A DNA stretch of 63,927 nucleotides, filler included, from Choristocarpus tenellus KU-1152 (GCA_964200185.2; 10 parts of 10 records of this genome joined end to end with filler, not necessarily neighbours in it); one strand, 5' to 3'. Positions 37,901-50,924 are shown, numbered from the whole stretch's first letter. Numbers and translations are program-made. Notes: generated by a model from the sequence alone, not told the origin.

Positions 37901-40105
37901 AAATGTCATAAAAACACTTATGGGAAGCCAAGCCCCAAATGGACAAACTGGGCAAACCTCGTACCCTCTAAGATACTTTCAAGTGGAGTTTCCACAGCAT
38001 CTATTGCGATCTCTCCTGCAACCTTGAAGGCATCTACATTTACATGCGCTGCTTCCTCCTCATATATCCTGGCCGTGTGTTCCTATATTCCCCCAGCAGC
38101 AACTGAACTTCCCCCACATGTGTTAATGGAAGCTCTTATGAACGACGCCTTGTGTTATTTTTGTAGTGGAGGGTCGTCCCCACTCAAAATGGGCAGTATA
38201 TGTTCGTTGACTTGGTTCCGCCACTGGAAAATTCCCTGCCTTCAAGTGTTGTGTTCTCCTCCGTAGCACCTGCCCCCAAATGCCTTCATCATGCTCATTA
38301 TCGGGAAATCCTGTAAAAGATCTTGGTTGTTGTGGGGTCCAGACAAGTAGCCAGGACCTCGTTCCACTCCAGCCCTCTGAACTGCCTGTTGACACCCTTA
38401 AACTACTGAGTAATATTTCCTCCCTATATCAAAGTGGTTCACAAAATAAGATAATATTGCGCTTGCACACTAGCATGCACATTTTTCGCTTCCACCTGTT
38501 CAGGGGTGGTGACTTTAGAGGTGTTGCAGGCTTGCACCGCTTCCCCAGTTCCACTTGTGCATCATAGATAATGGGCACAATTAGAGACACTGCCATTCGT
38601 GTGTCAGCCTCAAGAGTCTTCTGTGCTTACATGATGGACTCAAGCACCTATTTAACGAGAGCAATCACCTGAGCGTAGGAAAGGAAAGAGTATTGAAAAG
38701 AGACTGGAAGATGGGGGAAAGAACAGTTGATTAGAAAATCAGAGAAGCAACTAAAAACAAGTGATGTAACATAGTGAGGGTCCTTGATAAGATACTAGAT
38801 GTGATGGAAGAAGGGACGGAGTATGGATGGTAGATGCCAATATTTCACATTTAATATATTTAATTGCACACGGTGTTCACAGGTTTGACAGGTGACCTCT
38901 ACAATCAACTTCTTCTACTAGCGCTTCCAATTTCTGTTTTACATTCCTATTCCAACTGTCTATCTCCCAGTAAAATGTCACGTACATTGTGGGTGACCAT
39001 CATTGTTCTCATGAAGGAAGATAGAGGGTTTAAGGTACAGGAAGGGGTCCACAAATGGAAAATGGATTGCAAACGAATCGTTGTAGATCCTGCATCACTC
39101 TCTTTCGCCCAATCCTCATCATCCTCCACATCTCCTCTAAGCGCCCCTTGCACTGACTGGACTTTGAATAGGAACCAATACCTGGCTGAGATGATTGCAT
39201 GATATCTTTCACCAAAATCTCTTGTGAGCGAGAGTATCTTAGAGGATACGACTTTGCCCTGTTTGTCTGTTTGGGACTTGGCTTCCCACATTTTTTTTTT
39301 TACATTTTCCTACTCCCAAATTTTTCAGAGGAAATAAAATGTATACATTATGAAACAATGTGTCTGGAACTGGCTGGATTTGAATAGGAACCAATAGCTA
39401 CCTGAGCTGATTGCATGGTATCTTTCACCTAAAATCTCTCGTGTTGGTAGTGATGGTCTGTGGTGAAAATGCAGAGCTTTCTGATAAACTGTTCTTGTTG
39501 TGTATGACAAGACCTCCATCTCACAGGGTAATTTGTACCACCAATATGTATATGTGAAGATTTTCAGCATTGATACTTGTACAAGGAGTAATAAGTGTCA
39601 ATATTTACAGGGGGGGCATGTTTTTTAGCATGTGTGTGACTTTTAAAATCTGGAATGCTGTAAGTGCACATCTCTTTTATCAACTTCGCCACCAGTGGCC
39701 CCGTTCACCCATAGACCTGAAACCTTTCAATTGAGTCCTTTGCACTTACTGCCCCTTCCCTCTGCCCCAACCCCACTGTTATTCTCCAGTATGAATGGGT
39801 CGATATTCTTGCCCTATGATGCAAAGGTCACTCTTGCTTGCGAGGATATTAATATTGATAATGGTGGTGGTGGTGGTGGTGGTGGTTCCACGGTCGCCAT
39901 CATTGTGGCTGTGGCAGTTGGGGCTTCACTCCTTGCTATCCTAGGGTTGTGTGTGTGTAAACGCCGTAACAAAGAGAAACCTTCCGCCCTCACCACCCCC
40001 ACAGCAGTGAGCACAGGCGCTGATGGCTTTTCAGGAGCACTTCATGCGCCACATACACCAGCAGCACCAACCTACGAAGAAGTAATCTCAAATACCCATG
40101 CTTGA
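30187..40105 (+). CDS. Single-pass membrane protein with two Cys-bracketed extracellular repeats and a short cytoplasmic tail; 5' end uncertain
   Basis: Phase-compatible exons ?-30288, 31458-31540, 32045-32161, 32711-32831, 34031-34125, 35004-35186 and 39790-40105. The last exon has a poly-Gly linker, the TM segment VAIIVAVAVGASLLAILGLCVC, a basic KRRNK stop-transfer and APTYEE. Confidence 0.75.
31056..31305 (+). mobile_element. MITE family A, intronic
   Basis: GAATCAAAGTATCTTAAAGGGTA...TACCCTCTAAGATATTATCGCTC; flanks GTA/GTG. Confidence 0.85.
32390..32658 (+). mobile_element. MITE family A, intronic
   Basis: GAGTTAAAGTATCGTAGAGGGTA...TAAGATACTTCCACTC; TSD TCTT/TCTT. Confidence 0.9.
35760..37135 (+). 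mobile_element. Tc1/mariner transposase pseudogene of the plant-mariner (DD39D-like) type, inside an intron
   Basis: IHIDEVWFYL; KVQHKSHIPKVLFISA; QQKGVTPH (Asp lost); QPVQSLSLNINDL; TIERVWQSL...LGGNDFEVEH. Several frameshifts; TIRs not identified. Confidence 0.85.
37196..37455 (-). mobile_element. MITE family A
   Basis: GAGTGAAAGTATCT...TACCCTCTAAGATACTTTGGCTC; flanks TTTT/TTTT. Confidence 0.9.
37824..37982 (+). mobile_element. MITE family A spanning a 10-N gap
   Basis: GAGCCAAAGTATCTTAGAGGGTAG...TACCCTCTAAGATACTTTCA. Confidence 0.85.
38947..39570 (-). mobile_element. Possible PIF/Harbinger transposase remnant
   Basis: VQGALRGDVE...RLQSIFHLWTP...FMRTMMVTHNV resembles the QE-x-x-RKDVE...LQ-x-RF...IM-x-x-x-x-x-LHN C-terminal motif; heavily decayed. 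Confidence 0.4.
39226..39370 (-). mobile_element. MITE family A, one-ended (truncated)
   Basis: GAGCGAGAGTATCTTAGAGGATACGACTTTGCCCTGTTTGTC...; the second TIR is absent. Confidence 0.8.
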
Positions 40106-43100
40106 TGACAATCTCCCCATTCCTCATGGCATAGACACTCAAGTGCTGGATGTTATGACTTGGCAGGAAACTAGTAGGCTGATGGGAGATTTTAGGAGGG
40201 AGGATGATATATAGTCTACAGTTCATACAGTGTGGTATGTGTATATTGATCTTCGTTGACTTTCTCCATCCATGACAATCAGTAAGGAATAAAGGCCTAA
40301 TTTGGAGATTTTGATTTTGTATGTGCTTTCCAACTACGTGTTTGCCCCAGTTCAAGAATCAACAGTTTGCCCTGTTCCACAGGTGCCGTTTTGGTATTGA
40401 TTTTTATTTATTTCAAAAGGTCTATTTCCGATCCCCAATGATTTACGATAGGCCATACCGTACCACTTCAATGTGATGCAGTTAGGGAGAGTATGCTGAG
40501 TCTGATATACATTTGCTGTTGAGTGTGATGCTCATTTTTCAGTGCTTGTCCAGTGTGCAATAAATATATATATATACATAGATTTTGATATGAGCCATGG
40601 ATTTACAGGTTTGCATGAGATGCAAATGATTTGTGATGTTGGTGGGAGCGACATAAAATATATTTTGATGTGCTTGAGATAGAATTTAGCAGGTTTCTAA
40701 ATATTCTCAGGTCAGCATAGTGCCACCCTCATAATGTTTTATCTCTTTGAGGGGAAGGCAGATTGTGTAGTTATTTTATGTTTTTGTTGTATTTCTATGC
40801 ATCACTTTTTCAGAGTCTGGACGTGCGTTTATGTGCATTTCTTGTGCAGGGTGTGCGATATTGTGTGCGTGTATTCATGCATGCAGGGGTTCAATTGTGT
40901 CGATTGTAGGGTGATTACCTGTCATGACTCTACACCCGCCACTAGTATGTAAGAGAGACAGTCGACTTTTATTTTTTTGTTTGTGGTGTATAGTGGTTTG
41001 TGGTACCACTACTATTGCACTCTTTTTACCAGCTTTGATATGGACCTGTGTTATCAGTAGGTCAGAAGTACCATGGAGTGAACAGATATACATGTATATT
41101 GAATTTTATTTGTCAAGTTTAACGGATTCTTGAAATGATATAATTCTTGCATCAGGTGTCCAGCACTCACAATATAAACTTAGTACCCTACCTAGCCAAT
41201 TACCAAAGTACACACACGCATTCACACACAAACATAAATCACACAGCTCTTCCATTCATTGAGGAACGTTGTGAACATATTGCAGGCATGATAATACACT
41301 TTTTGTTACACAAAGTTGAGCATCCGTGTGGCCCAGTTTTTGGTAGCATTATGGGGGAGTGCATCTGCACCTTCCGATCTATTCCTGCTCTATACCACAA
41401 AAACGTTCGACCGAAAACAAGGTGGTAAGGTTCCATTGCCAACCAAGGCAGTTCCAGAACAAAATTTGAGAGGGGGGGCTAGAGGCGACCTGTGTACGAT
41501 GGCTGAACCCAACATACAAAACACAAAAACACGGAGTAATGTACTAATCGTGGTGCAATAGTTGCAATATTATACCACATAGTAGTAAGTACTGTTGTGC
41601 AGGGTATTGTGCCTCTGAGTAAGAATAGTCCCCAACAAAGCGAAAAGGAACGTACTTAATTTTCAACTTTCCAAAGTAAAGAAAAACATTACATTTTTGG
41701 CCACATTTCAACTTCAATTTACTCACCTCCTTCCCCTTTCCCCACTAGCGAAAATACTACAAACAAAAATTTTCATTGCAGTGTTTGGTTCCATCATAAT
41801 AATTTATTATTTGGCAGTTTTGTTTTATATTCACCAATAACAAAGCCCATCCTCAATGAAAAGCTCCATCCTCAATTTTTGAAATCGGCTGTTCAATGAT
41901 GTATTATGATGTCATCACACAAAGCATCAAGCAATTCGGGAAAGTTTCTGGGCATTTTTTTTTTTTTGCGAAATTTTGTTCAATTGGTGTGCTCTGCTTG
42001 AAACTTGAAGGGATCAGACAAGTGACAGAAAGATGGACCACCAACCATTGTAGACTTATGTAATATGGTGCTATGTACTGGAGCCAAAAGTAAACTAGGT
42101 TCCCATTTTTTTTCTGTTTTGTAGTATAAGCGAGTTTTCAATCTTTTGCCATTCACCTATATTTCTATGGATGGAGAGCTAAGTTTGAGTTGAGAGGGTT
42201 GATTTCTTTGTTCTTTGAAACTTTTCGACACAGTCCGGAAAATATCCTACACGTTTTTTTGTAAAAATACCGAATTTTGGACATTTTTTCCAGCATCCTT
42301 AAAGCGTCATTCTGGGCAACTCTCGTTTACTTTGACTCTTTTTTAATTTGTGCTACACTAATAATATGGTCTGGAATTCTTGGCATATTTGTGTCAACTT
42401 GAACGTGTATGGACTTCTTTCGAGAGGATTGATTAAAACGAATAAAAGCTCAACAAATCTTTGATTGGAGATGCCACTTTTATTGGGAGTTATAAATTTC
42501 TTGTTACTTGATTTCGTGTTATCAATATGACGAGGTCAGGTGATGAATCTCTGCGATAGTCCTCTTCTTGGTGAGACGGAAGATATATTGCAAACACATT
42601 TTGGGCGAGTGTGAAGAGTAGTCTTTCTGTTTGTTGTACTCAAGGTTTGCTAGAATGTGCTTAATTCTTAATACGGTATATTTTGAAAACGAGCAGACCA
42701 CACAATACTAATGACGATGAATGCAATGAACAGGTGTGGGGGAAGGTAGTGAGATATGGGTATTGCTTTCTAGTAGGATACCGAAGACGAAAGATATAGA
42801 CACTAAGGTCACATTACTTCCTCCACACAAAATATCGAGTCAGTCTACGCAACTGATTCAGACCACAAATATATTCAAGATTTAGAATTACAAGATCAAG
42901 TTCCATAATGATAACATCGCAATGCACAAATATGTTGGAAAATACTTTGTAGTGCTATATACAGGTGGGCGAACCCTCCGTTCATTGCCATGGAGGATGG
43001 AGGAAGCTATACGTATTGATGAAGAGAAGGGGTGATGTTCAGTTGAAGTTGAACGATGGGCAGTGTAATATGAAATCCTTAGGTGACGACAATGATATAT

Positions 43101-43461
43101 GAGGTAAGCCGTGCCTTTAACGTACCTCAGTGTGCGAAGTGAATGATGGGGTCTTGTGTTTTTGGTATTGTTGAATGTTTTATCCAGTGAGTTGAAATCA
43201 ATTCATTGTGGTATAGGTGATCAGGTGGTGTTCTATGAAGGCCATGACCTTTTTTGGTCAGAGTTGGAAGAGGAGCTTGCCCACCGGTTTCGTCAGTTGA
43301 AGATGGAGATAGCTGCCCATCAAGGGTGAATTGTGGCAGCTTTGATGACCCTGGAGATTGTGATCGAACTCGAAACACCAAGAAACGCGCGATTTGGCAC
43401 ACTGGAGGACTACTCCGAACCACGTACCTTTGATGAGAGACTTAACGTTCAAGGCCAGATT

Positions 43462-43561
43462 NNNNNNNNNNNNNNNNNNNNNNNNNNNNNNNNNNNNNNN
43501 NNNNNTTAATTAATTAANNNNNNNNNNNNNNNNNNNNNNNNNNNNNNNNNNNNNNNNNNNN
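43462..43561. other. Artificial contig linker
   Basis: 44 N + TTAATTAATTAA + 44 N. Confidence 0.98.
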
Positions 43562-45677
43562 CCCTCCCCCCCCCCTCCCCCAGATAATCTGGGTCAAAAT
43601 GTGCCCTCAAGTGTTTCCAAGCAACTAATGGCGACACTGTATTCATCATCGTACTGAAGTACACTATGTCATCAGTACTCCTTGGGAGGATATTGTGCAC
43701 ATTCTTGACCATGGCAAAACCTACCTTACTCATCCCTTCAGGTTTCATGAAAGGCCCATGCCTACACAAAGAGGTTCTTTCCTCTCCAGAGCTGCAGCCC
43801 AATCTCCGCTTGCCTCCTCAAATGGTACTTTGGTGGCGAATCAATTACATAATTTTTTAGGGGTAAGCTCCAACAGGCTTTGTCTGAATGAAACTTTCTG
43901 AGTTCATTCCTTCAAGTTTTGTCTCTTGTCCTGTGGATCCAGTAAGCTGCACCTTCTTTGCTCAGAAAGATAGTAAGACTCAAGCGATAAGACGAGAGGC
44001 AGCACTCAAAGGGATGGCCTCAGAGATATTCTTCAACACCAACCTGCTCTACCATACTATAGTAGATGGAACTAGTTAGAAATCGAAATTAAGTACAAGT
44101 TTCTACCACTGAATCATACTTGTATCATTCTTTTTATGCTGTACGTAGAAATCAACTCCACCCTTTCTTACCGATTCAAACTCTGTTGCAACTACTATAC
44201 TTGTTGATCTCTCACTTTCGGCTGAACGCTTTATGCTCTCTTTACTCCGTGGGCAAAGTGATTGAAGGGTGAATGACAGTGCAACAAGAGGAGAAAGGAT
44301 GTCTTTATAGTGGTGTATCCAAGACCTCAAACACAACAAAAAAATGGTTCTAATGCTAGTTGTGTAACTATTAATATTGTACACACAAAACACTATGCAC
44401 GCGATTGTGGAATTAAAGGAAGAACCTAGTGTGAAACGACAAAGTGGGGCATGCTGTAACCAACAGAGATTCTGCTGTTCCTGCGTTCGTTGTATCCTCT
44501 TCCTTGTACTTCTCTGGAGTATTTTCCTTCTCGTCCCTCCAATCACAAAATATCAGTTGATCATAGAAGATTTAAAGGTGAAGGAACTTGTCAGCCAAAC
44601 AAAACATTCCTCAATGAAGAAGGTATCTACTACAATACAGTCTACATTCCTACATCGTTATAGTATACGTACATACATACACAGAGATAGATACAGGAAT
44701 AGTGAGCTTTTACATTGTATCAAGAAGAGCAAAGTTTACGCACATGGTTCATACTACCAACGTCTCTCAAAATGCAAGAGCTCATGACCAAGACATATTC
44801 TTGAAAGCCTACGTTCGTTGTAAATCCATACCATACCAATACAATTCAGAAGTCAAGGGGTTGGATTTCATCAGAGCTCTTTTCTCGCATGCGCACACAA
44901 CGCTGGAATTTCCGCGCCACATCCAGTGGTGTTTTCCTCACCTTACGTCAATTACTTTTTTATTTTTATTCACGTTCAGGTCTTAGGGTCTCCAGACTAG
45001 TGGCCGAAAGATAGTAAGAACGAGGCAACTCACAATACTAAAAAGAAAAAGCAGGAAAAATACTACACAAGTAAAATACTACGAGAAAGAAGTCAATGTA
45101 CCTACCAGAAGAGGGCAGATTAGAGAACCTGAGTGTAATCCACTAACACCCAAATTTGAGTCGGACCAGGTTTATCCTATGATATTAATCTAATACACAA
45201 TTACTAATCACTCTATCAAACGTATTATATACTCACAACCTTTCGATCCGAAACACAGAAATACTACTTTCTTTCAGAGTGCCACTGTCGGACATGGGAG
45301 AGGGCATAATTATTGTTGTTGAAAACCCTAACGAATCAATTCGTTAAATTGAACAACCAAAATCGCAAAACAAACCAAACATTTCGATCAGCTGATTGTA
45401 TTCTTGGGCTTGTCTACACTGTGCGATTTACTTCAAGCTTCCTCGCGGCACTTCGACTCTGTATAGCACTACAGGATTCTTGAGAAGGTTTAATCTACGC
45501 CTTAAAGGTCCTGTTGTTTCACTAAAACACTACAGTTCTGACAGTTGGAATTACAACCATTGATAGATAAACCGATCTAATTCTGGATAATGTTAAGCTA
45601 AAGATAGAGAAGGTAACTGTCATGCGAGGCAGGTCATAGATAGTTACATCCACCATCGTCAGAAACCCCCAAATTCT

Positions 45678-45861
45678 GGCTCGAAGTATCTACGGGGGTG
45701 GTGTCGGCTGTCCAATCTGGGTCCATTTTTCCTTGTCGCGATTTTTGGGTGATTTGGTTGCATGCATCGGACAGATAATGTAAGTGCACTTCTCCGTGTC
45801 AGGGGCCGAATGAACACCCTACCCTAGTGTAGACCCCCACCCCCCCCATATACTTTGAGCC
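45678..45861 (-). mobile_element. MITE family B
   Basis: GGCTCGAAGTATCT...ATATACTTTGAGCC; flanks TCT/TCC. Confidence 0.85.
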
Positions 45862-46675
45862 TCCCTTCTAAGTGCTGTTCAACCATTTGCTGAACAGCAT
45901 GCAGAATTGAGTGGCTCCTTGACCCAGAACATTTCCTGGACCATGGATGATGCCTTCATTGCTTAGTTCTGGATTTTCCGGTAGCCACGTTTACGTGAGG
46001 TCCATTCATAAACTCCACCATTTACTGGTAGGTACATTTGTTAGATTGTCTACAAAATACACAGGAGTAGCTTGACCATAAACTCCCTTTCCCCCCAAAA
46101 GAGGAGTATAATGGCTAGATTGCTGTGATACTATTAGCACATCAAATATAGTTTTCTATTCAAGAAGAGCACATCATAATATGAATGTATGCATCTACAT
46201 ACGGAGTACAAGAACTATGAATGGTGAGCAGTGTATGTCTGTATAATGCTGTGCAAATACGTGCAAATACGTGTCCACCCGACTCTGCATGGCACAGATC
46301 ACGTCATTCTGTCGTGACCTACCTTACTACTGGAACATAATGAGTTAAGACTTATACTATGTAATACTTTAAACGAAAACAGCACACTGTTCTGAAGCAC
46401 TTCCAAGTAAGAGCTCTGTAAACAATACAAGGATGGCAATCAAACCACTCAAAACCAAGTCCAATAAAAAAAGGAGAAGCAGTCCCCCATGCAAGCCCCT
46501 TCTGCGGACACGGGAGAGGTAGCATGGTTAAGAACGACATCCACTACTGCAATGGCTACCTAACCGTTGAGAATATGTGCCATAACCTTCACCCAAGAAG
46601 AAAGAAACATTCGATTTGTGAATTAAGTTATCAGTTTTTGCATGTGTGTGTGTGATGTCTGCCATACGCTACCAA

Positions 46676-48034
46676 TCAGAAACCATTGAACTGGCTCTTT
46701 ACCAGGCCACGTCGCTGCATGTCCCATAGCAGGCCCAGTTGCTTCCACACAGGTGTGATGGTGCTGCACAGAGGCACGATGACATGCACAAGAACGTGAG
46801 AAAAAAATTCCAGCAGTAAGGGGTTCCCTAAAACAGACCTGACAACCACCTCAACAAATCAAGTAGTTTTAACACCATGTGGAACAAACATCACCCGTAC
46901 ACTAAAACAAAATAACACTATTACCGAGCCGACAGGTGTGAGCAGTCACTCAATGATATTTTCTGACAGGATGATTGAGTGCGTGCATGTGTGGTCACCA
47001 TTGGGTTCCTTGTGAACAGTAGGACCCTAACAACACGTAACTGTCTGCAAACAGTCAACCACGCCCTTGAAACAAATGCTTAACAAGCTCTCCTACAACC
47101 CTCCCACGACTACATCAACTCATAACCCACCAGACACAGGATTGCTCAAAACGATGATGTTGATCACATCTCCCTTGGGGCACATACACTCTGCACGCTT
47201 AATTAGCAGTTACAATCCATCAACCACAATGTTTGAGCAGTGCCAGACTCAGAAGGGAGACACTGTTGTTCCTGCTGATGGTGGTGCCAATATCCCGGTG
47301 TACTAATGGGATTGATTCTATTGGTGGATATACAGGAATTGCAACTAGCTCATATCAAGTGCCTCACCTACCATCTTGAGTACTCAGAGAGCGTATATTT
47401 GGGGACTGCTCCTCTATCAGTTGGGCTATGTGCCCTGATGTAGTGATACCCCCGCCAAACCTTCTGTACGTCCAAATGGCTCTTATTCTTCTAATACTCA
47501 GACCAATAAATGTATAACGAAACGAACCTAAAATTATTCTTTATTGCAGGCATCCATCCACCCACGACTCTTTAAGGGCGAGGCATTTAAATGATCTACG
47601 TCAAATAGCCGTTGGACAAATGTTATCATCAGAAAAACCCTATCGTTTATTCATTCACAAAAAGTCTTCTGAGTGGCATTAAAGGACTCGCTTCAAGCAC
47701 ACACACACACACACATGTGCATACAAATGGGCACACTCCGACAAACCTTGCAGCATTCATGCCACTGGCAGCAACAGCAGGCAGGCCAAGCCCAGGTAGT
47801 GTGGAGTCACCACAGTGTAGCAGACCCTCTAGAGGAGTGACACACCCAGGAAACTCCTCCTCCCCCGCCCTCCATCCTGGTCCGTACGAACCTTATAAGC
47901 GAAGAGAAGTCACCCAATCAGTCACGACATGTCTTGTGGGGGTATCCACACACAAGCAAGGGCTAGGGAAAAGGGCAGAGGAAGGGGTTGGAGCGACCTA
48001 TTTCATGTTCTGTCTAGGCCACCTGCTAATACAG

Positions 48035-48072
<38 letters not shown>

Positions 48073-48471
48073 CTGTGCCCATACCTTCATTGAGCCTTCT
48101 GTACACACTATAATACTGTTGCACTTTCATCACCCTTCCCCTACAGGCAATCCCCCTCCTCAACAGTACATGCCTGATACTTCCTAACACTGTACAGAAT
48201 TTTCTACTCTGACAGCGATCTATTCTCATGCCCGCCAGCTAGTGAGTGCATGCGTGTGCACCTCCATACACACACGCGCACGCACATGCGCATCATCAGG
48301 GTCGCATGGCAGGGTCATGTCGGGGCAAGGGCACTGACCACGGAAACGCCTGTTGTAATGCTCATGCGTCAAGGGCGTGGCAACAAGCTCAACCTCTGTC
48401 CTCTTTCGAATATCAGGTATTATCCGCTCAAGAGCACGCCACATGCACTCGGCCCGCTCCAGCTTCAGCGC
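46676..48471 (-). CDS. Carotenoid isomerase (CRTISO/CrtH)-family FAD oxidoreductase, last three exons (48471-48339, 47891-47747, 46763-46676)
   Basis: Spliced translation ALKLERAECMWRALERIIPDIRKRTEVELVATPLTHEHYNRRFRGSYGP...TPLEGLLHCGDSTLPGLGLPAVAASGMNAAS...F*. TPLTH, GSYG and CGDST-x-PG-x-G-x-PAVAASG are hallmarks of this family's C-terminus, and intron phases are consistent. Confidence 0.9.
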
Positions 48472-49160
48472 CTTTTCGTTAGCCGAGTGTAGTGTAAGGG
48501 AGGAACACGCACAGAATTAAGAAAAAAAAGAAAGAAAAATCAGTTACACATGGGATTGTCAATGTGGGACGGGCACGGTGGTGACACAAATCTCCACCAG
48601 CTGTTATCGCTTTGGATTAATAAAAAAAATAAATTTTGGGGGGTGGGAACTTACAAGGTAACACACTAGGGAAGGCAACACTCACTGCGCACACTCATAC
48701 CCACCATACTACCATACTATCATACTTGAGGGAGGAAGGGAGGGAGGGAAGGCTGGGATTGGCACTCATTTCCTGCTGTGCCAAAAAAAACAATCCGAAA
48801 ACTTATCACTGCACTGTGTTTGACAAAGGCAGATAACATCTCTTACGTGAGGGGGCCGAGGGAAGTCATCAAAGTGTAACTGAAAAATATCGCAGAAACA
48901 GGAAAAGGTCAGACTGGACCCCGGGGTAACAGGGCCACAACAGAAAGGAGCAAAGAGAGGAGAGAGGAGTGAGGCAAAGAGGACAAACGAGAACTCTTTG
49001 CCATGTTTGGAAAAGATGGATGGACGATCCATAACAAGGAAAAGATCAAAATGGATGGGAAAGGCCCTTGAGTGTTAGGAAGTGTCTGTGGAAAAGCTTG
49101 TGGGGACTTCAACAGTGGAACTTGTGGGAGACGCAAAGTCGTGGAAAATGGCGTAGATAG

Positions 49161-49470
49161 ACTACTGTGTGCTATGATTGGTGTAACAATGGTGTAGGTG
49201 AACTACTGTGTGTTATGATTGGTGTAACAATGATGTAGGTGAACTACTGTATGTTATGATTGGTGTAACAATGGTGTAGGTGAACTACTGTATGTTATGA
49301 TTGGTGTAACAATGATGTAGGTGAACTACTGTATGTTATGATTGGTGTAACAATGGTGTAGGTGAACTACTGTATGTTATGATTGGTGTAACAATGATGT
49401 AGTTGAACTACTGTATGTTATGATTGGTGTAACAATGATGTAGGTGAATTGTGTACTACGATTGGTGGAA
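49161..49470. repeat. 41-bp minisatellite, about 7.5 copies
   Basis: ACTACTGT(A/G)TGTTATGATTGGTGTAACAATG(A/G)TGTAGGTGA at 49161, 49202, 49243 and onward. Confidence 0.95.
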
Positions 49471-49545
49471 CAACAAACAAGAGTTGGTCAACAGACTGGT
49501 ACAGAGAGATGCCGGTTGCAGATGGGTCTAAGTATCTGGGGGGGG

Positions 49546-49645
49546 NNNNNNNNNNNNNNNNNNNNNNNNNNNNNNNNNNNNNNNNNNNNTTAATTAATTA
49601 ANNNNNNNNNNNNNNNNNNNNNNNNNNNNNNNNNNNNNNNNNNNN
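49546..49645. other. Artificial contig linker
   Basis: 44 N + TTAATTAATTAA + 44 N. Confidence 0.98.
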
Positions 49646-50234
49646 GGGGAGGGACCCTCCCTCATCATCATTGGCTATCTGGCAAGGAGTAGGGGGGGGG
49701 GTGTACTTCTCTCTATAGCCCTTGAGGGCCTTCCCACTCACATTTTTTTTTTCTGCCTATATTTGTAACTGCTGCCTCAGCCGTGAGTGAACAAGTGAAG
49801 GCGTCGGGTTTTGTCAAATGGTTGCAGGCGGTCCCTCGTTCTACTACCATGTAACTGTCATTATGTATTATTCTGCAGAGAAATGATACGATATGAGCTC
49901 TTGTTGTTAGTCCTGGTCAAGAACGGGGTGGAGTCTTGTTCTTTCTTGTTGAGAAAGGTGATACCGGTACCGGCGTTGTCGATATGAATCTAGAACTCTA
50001 CTTTTTTTTATTTGCACCTTTGTTACCATTGTACTCCCGACCTCGAGATGAGGCATGCATTACAGAACTAGCCTTTTCAAGGAATGGAACCCATCTCTAC
50101 CTCACAGCCCGTCTGCTCTTGACAGACAACTTCTTGGAATGGTCTTTCCTGTTCCACGAAGGGCTCAGGCTCCAGATTACGATTCTTGATCACTGCCAGA
50201 TTTTTTTCCTTTTTTTTCTTGTCAATTGTGATAG

Positions 50235-50924
50235 GTGGGAATATATGGGTCAGGCAAAGATCTGTGTCAAGTGCCCCACAGAAGAGGAGGTTTTCGGGAT
50301 ACAGAAGAAGGCGCAGGATGCTGGTCTGGTCAACTACTTGGTGGTTAGTCTTCACGATTACATAGCAAATGGAAGGGCAAGGCGCTTGGGGGGGTGCACC
50401 AAGCTTTTGAGGGGAAGGGGATTGGTTTGCATGCTTCCATTGTCACCAGTGCTAAACACAACCAGTGCATGCTCGTATGAAATCACTACAATCTTGGTCT
50501 CCCAAACCTTTCAGCATCTAGTGGAAGCAATGATGTCTTTTTTTTCAGTGGTGCCATAGGGTTAGGGTACCTTTACCTTTCATCGAGAGTTACATTCCTT
50601 TGTTTTTTGTTTTTTTTAATAGCGAAGTGGTGTCTTCTGTGTCGAAGTAAGCCAATAGGGGGTTGATCGACCTACAGCTTCCCCTCCCTGCCCCCTCGAT
50701 TTTTTCATCTCGCTTTTTTTTTTCTATTAGTTTGTGTTGACATCACTCAGCAAGTGACTACCACACCTACTGTGCCTATGTATGAACCTCTATGTCTGCT
50801 TTGTGTGTCTCAGATGGATGCAGGTCATACCCAAATACCTGCTGGGTCACGGACCGTCCTGGCCATAGGACCAGCGCCGGTTTCAGCGTTTGAGGGCATT
50901 ACGTCCCACTTGAGTCTGATGTAG
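50235..50924 (+). CDS. PTH2: Peptidyl-tRNA hydrolase 2 family, last two exons (50235-50343, 50814-50924)
   Basis: WEYMGQAKICVKCPTEEEV...AQDAGLVNYLV|MDAGHTQIPAGSRTVLAIGPAP...ITSHLSLM* carries the PTH2 motifs GQ-x-K-I and DAG-x-TQI-x-x-GS-x-TVL-x-IGP. Confidence 0.92.

Noticed and set aside
41147-41428. hAT transposase remnant (…RPKTRW)
   Set aside because: A three-residue motif alone is insufficient.
43562-44100. piggyBac transposase remnant (GFAMVKNVHNILP)
   Set aside because: A single weak motif with no catalytic residues or TTAA/TIR support.
49161-49470. CRISPR-like array
   Set aside because: The 41-bp units are contiguous with no unique spacers, there are no cas genes and the context is eukaryotic.
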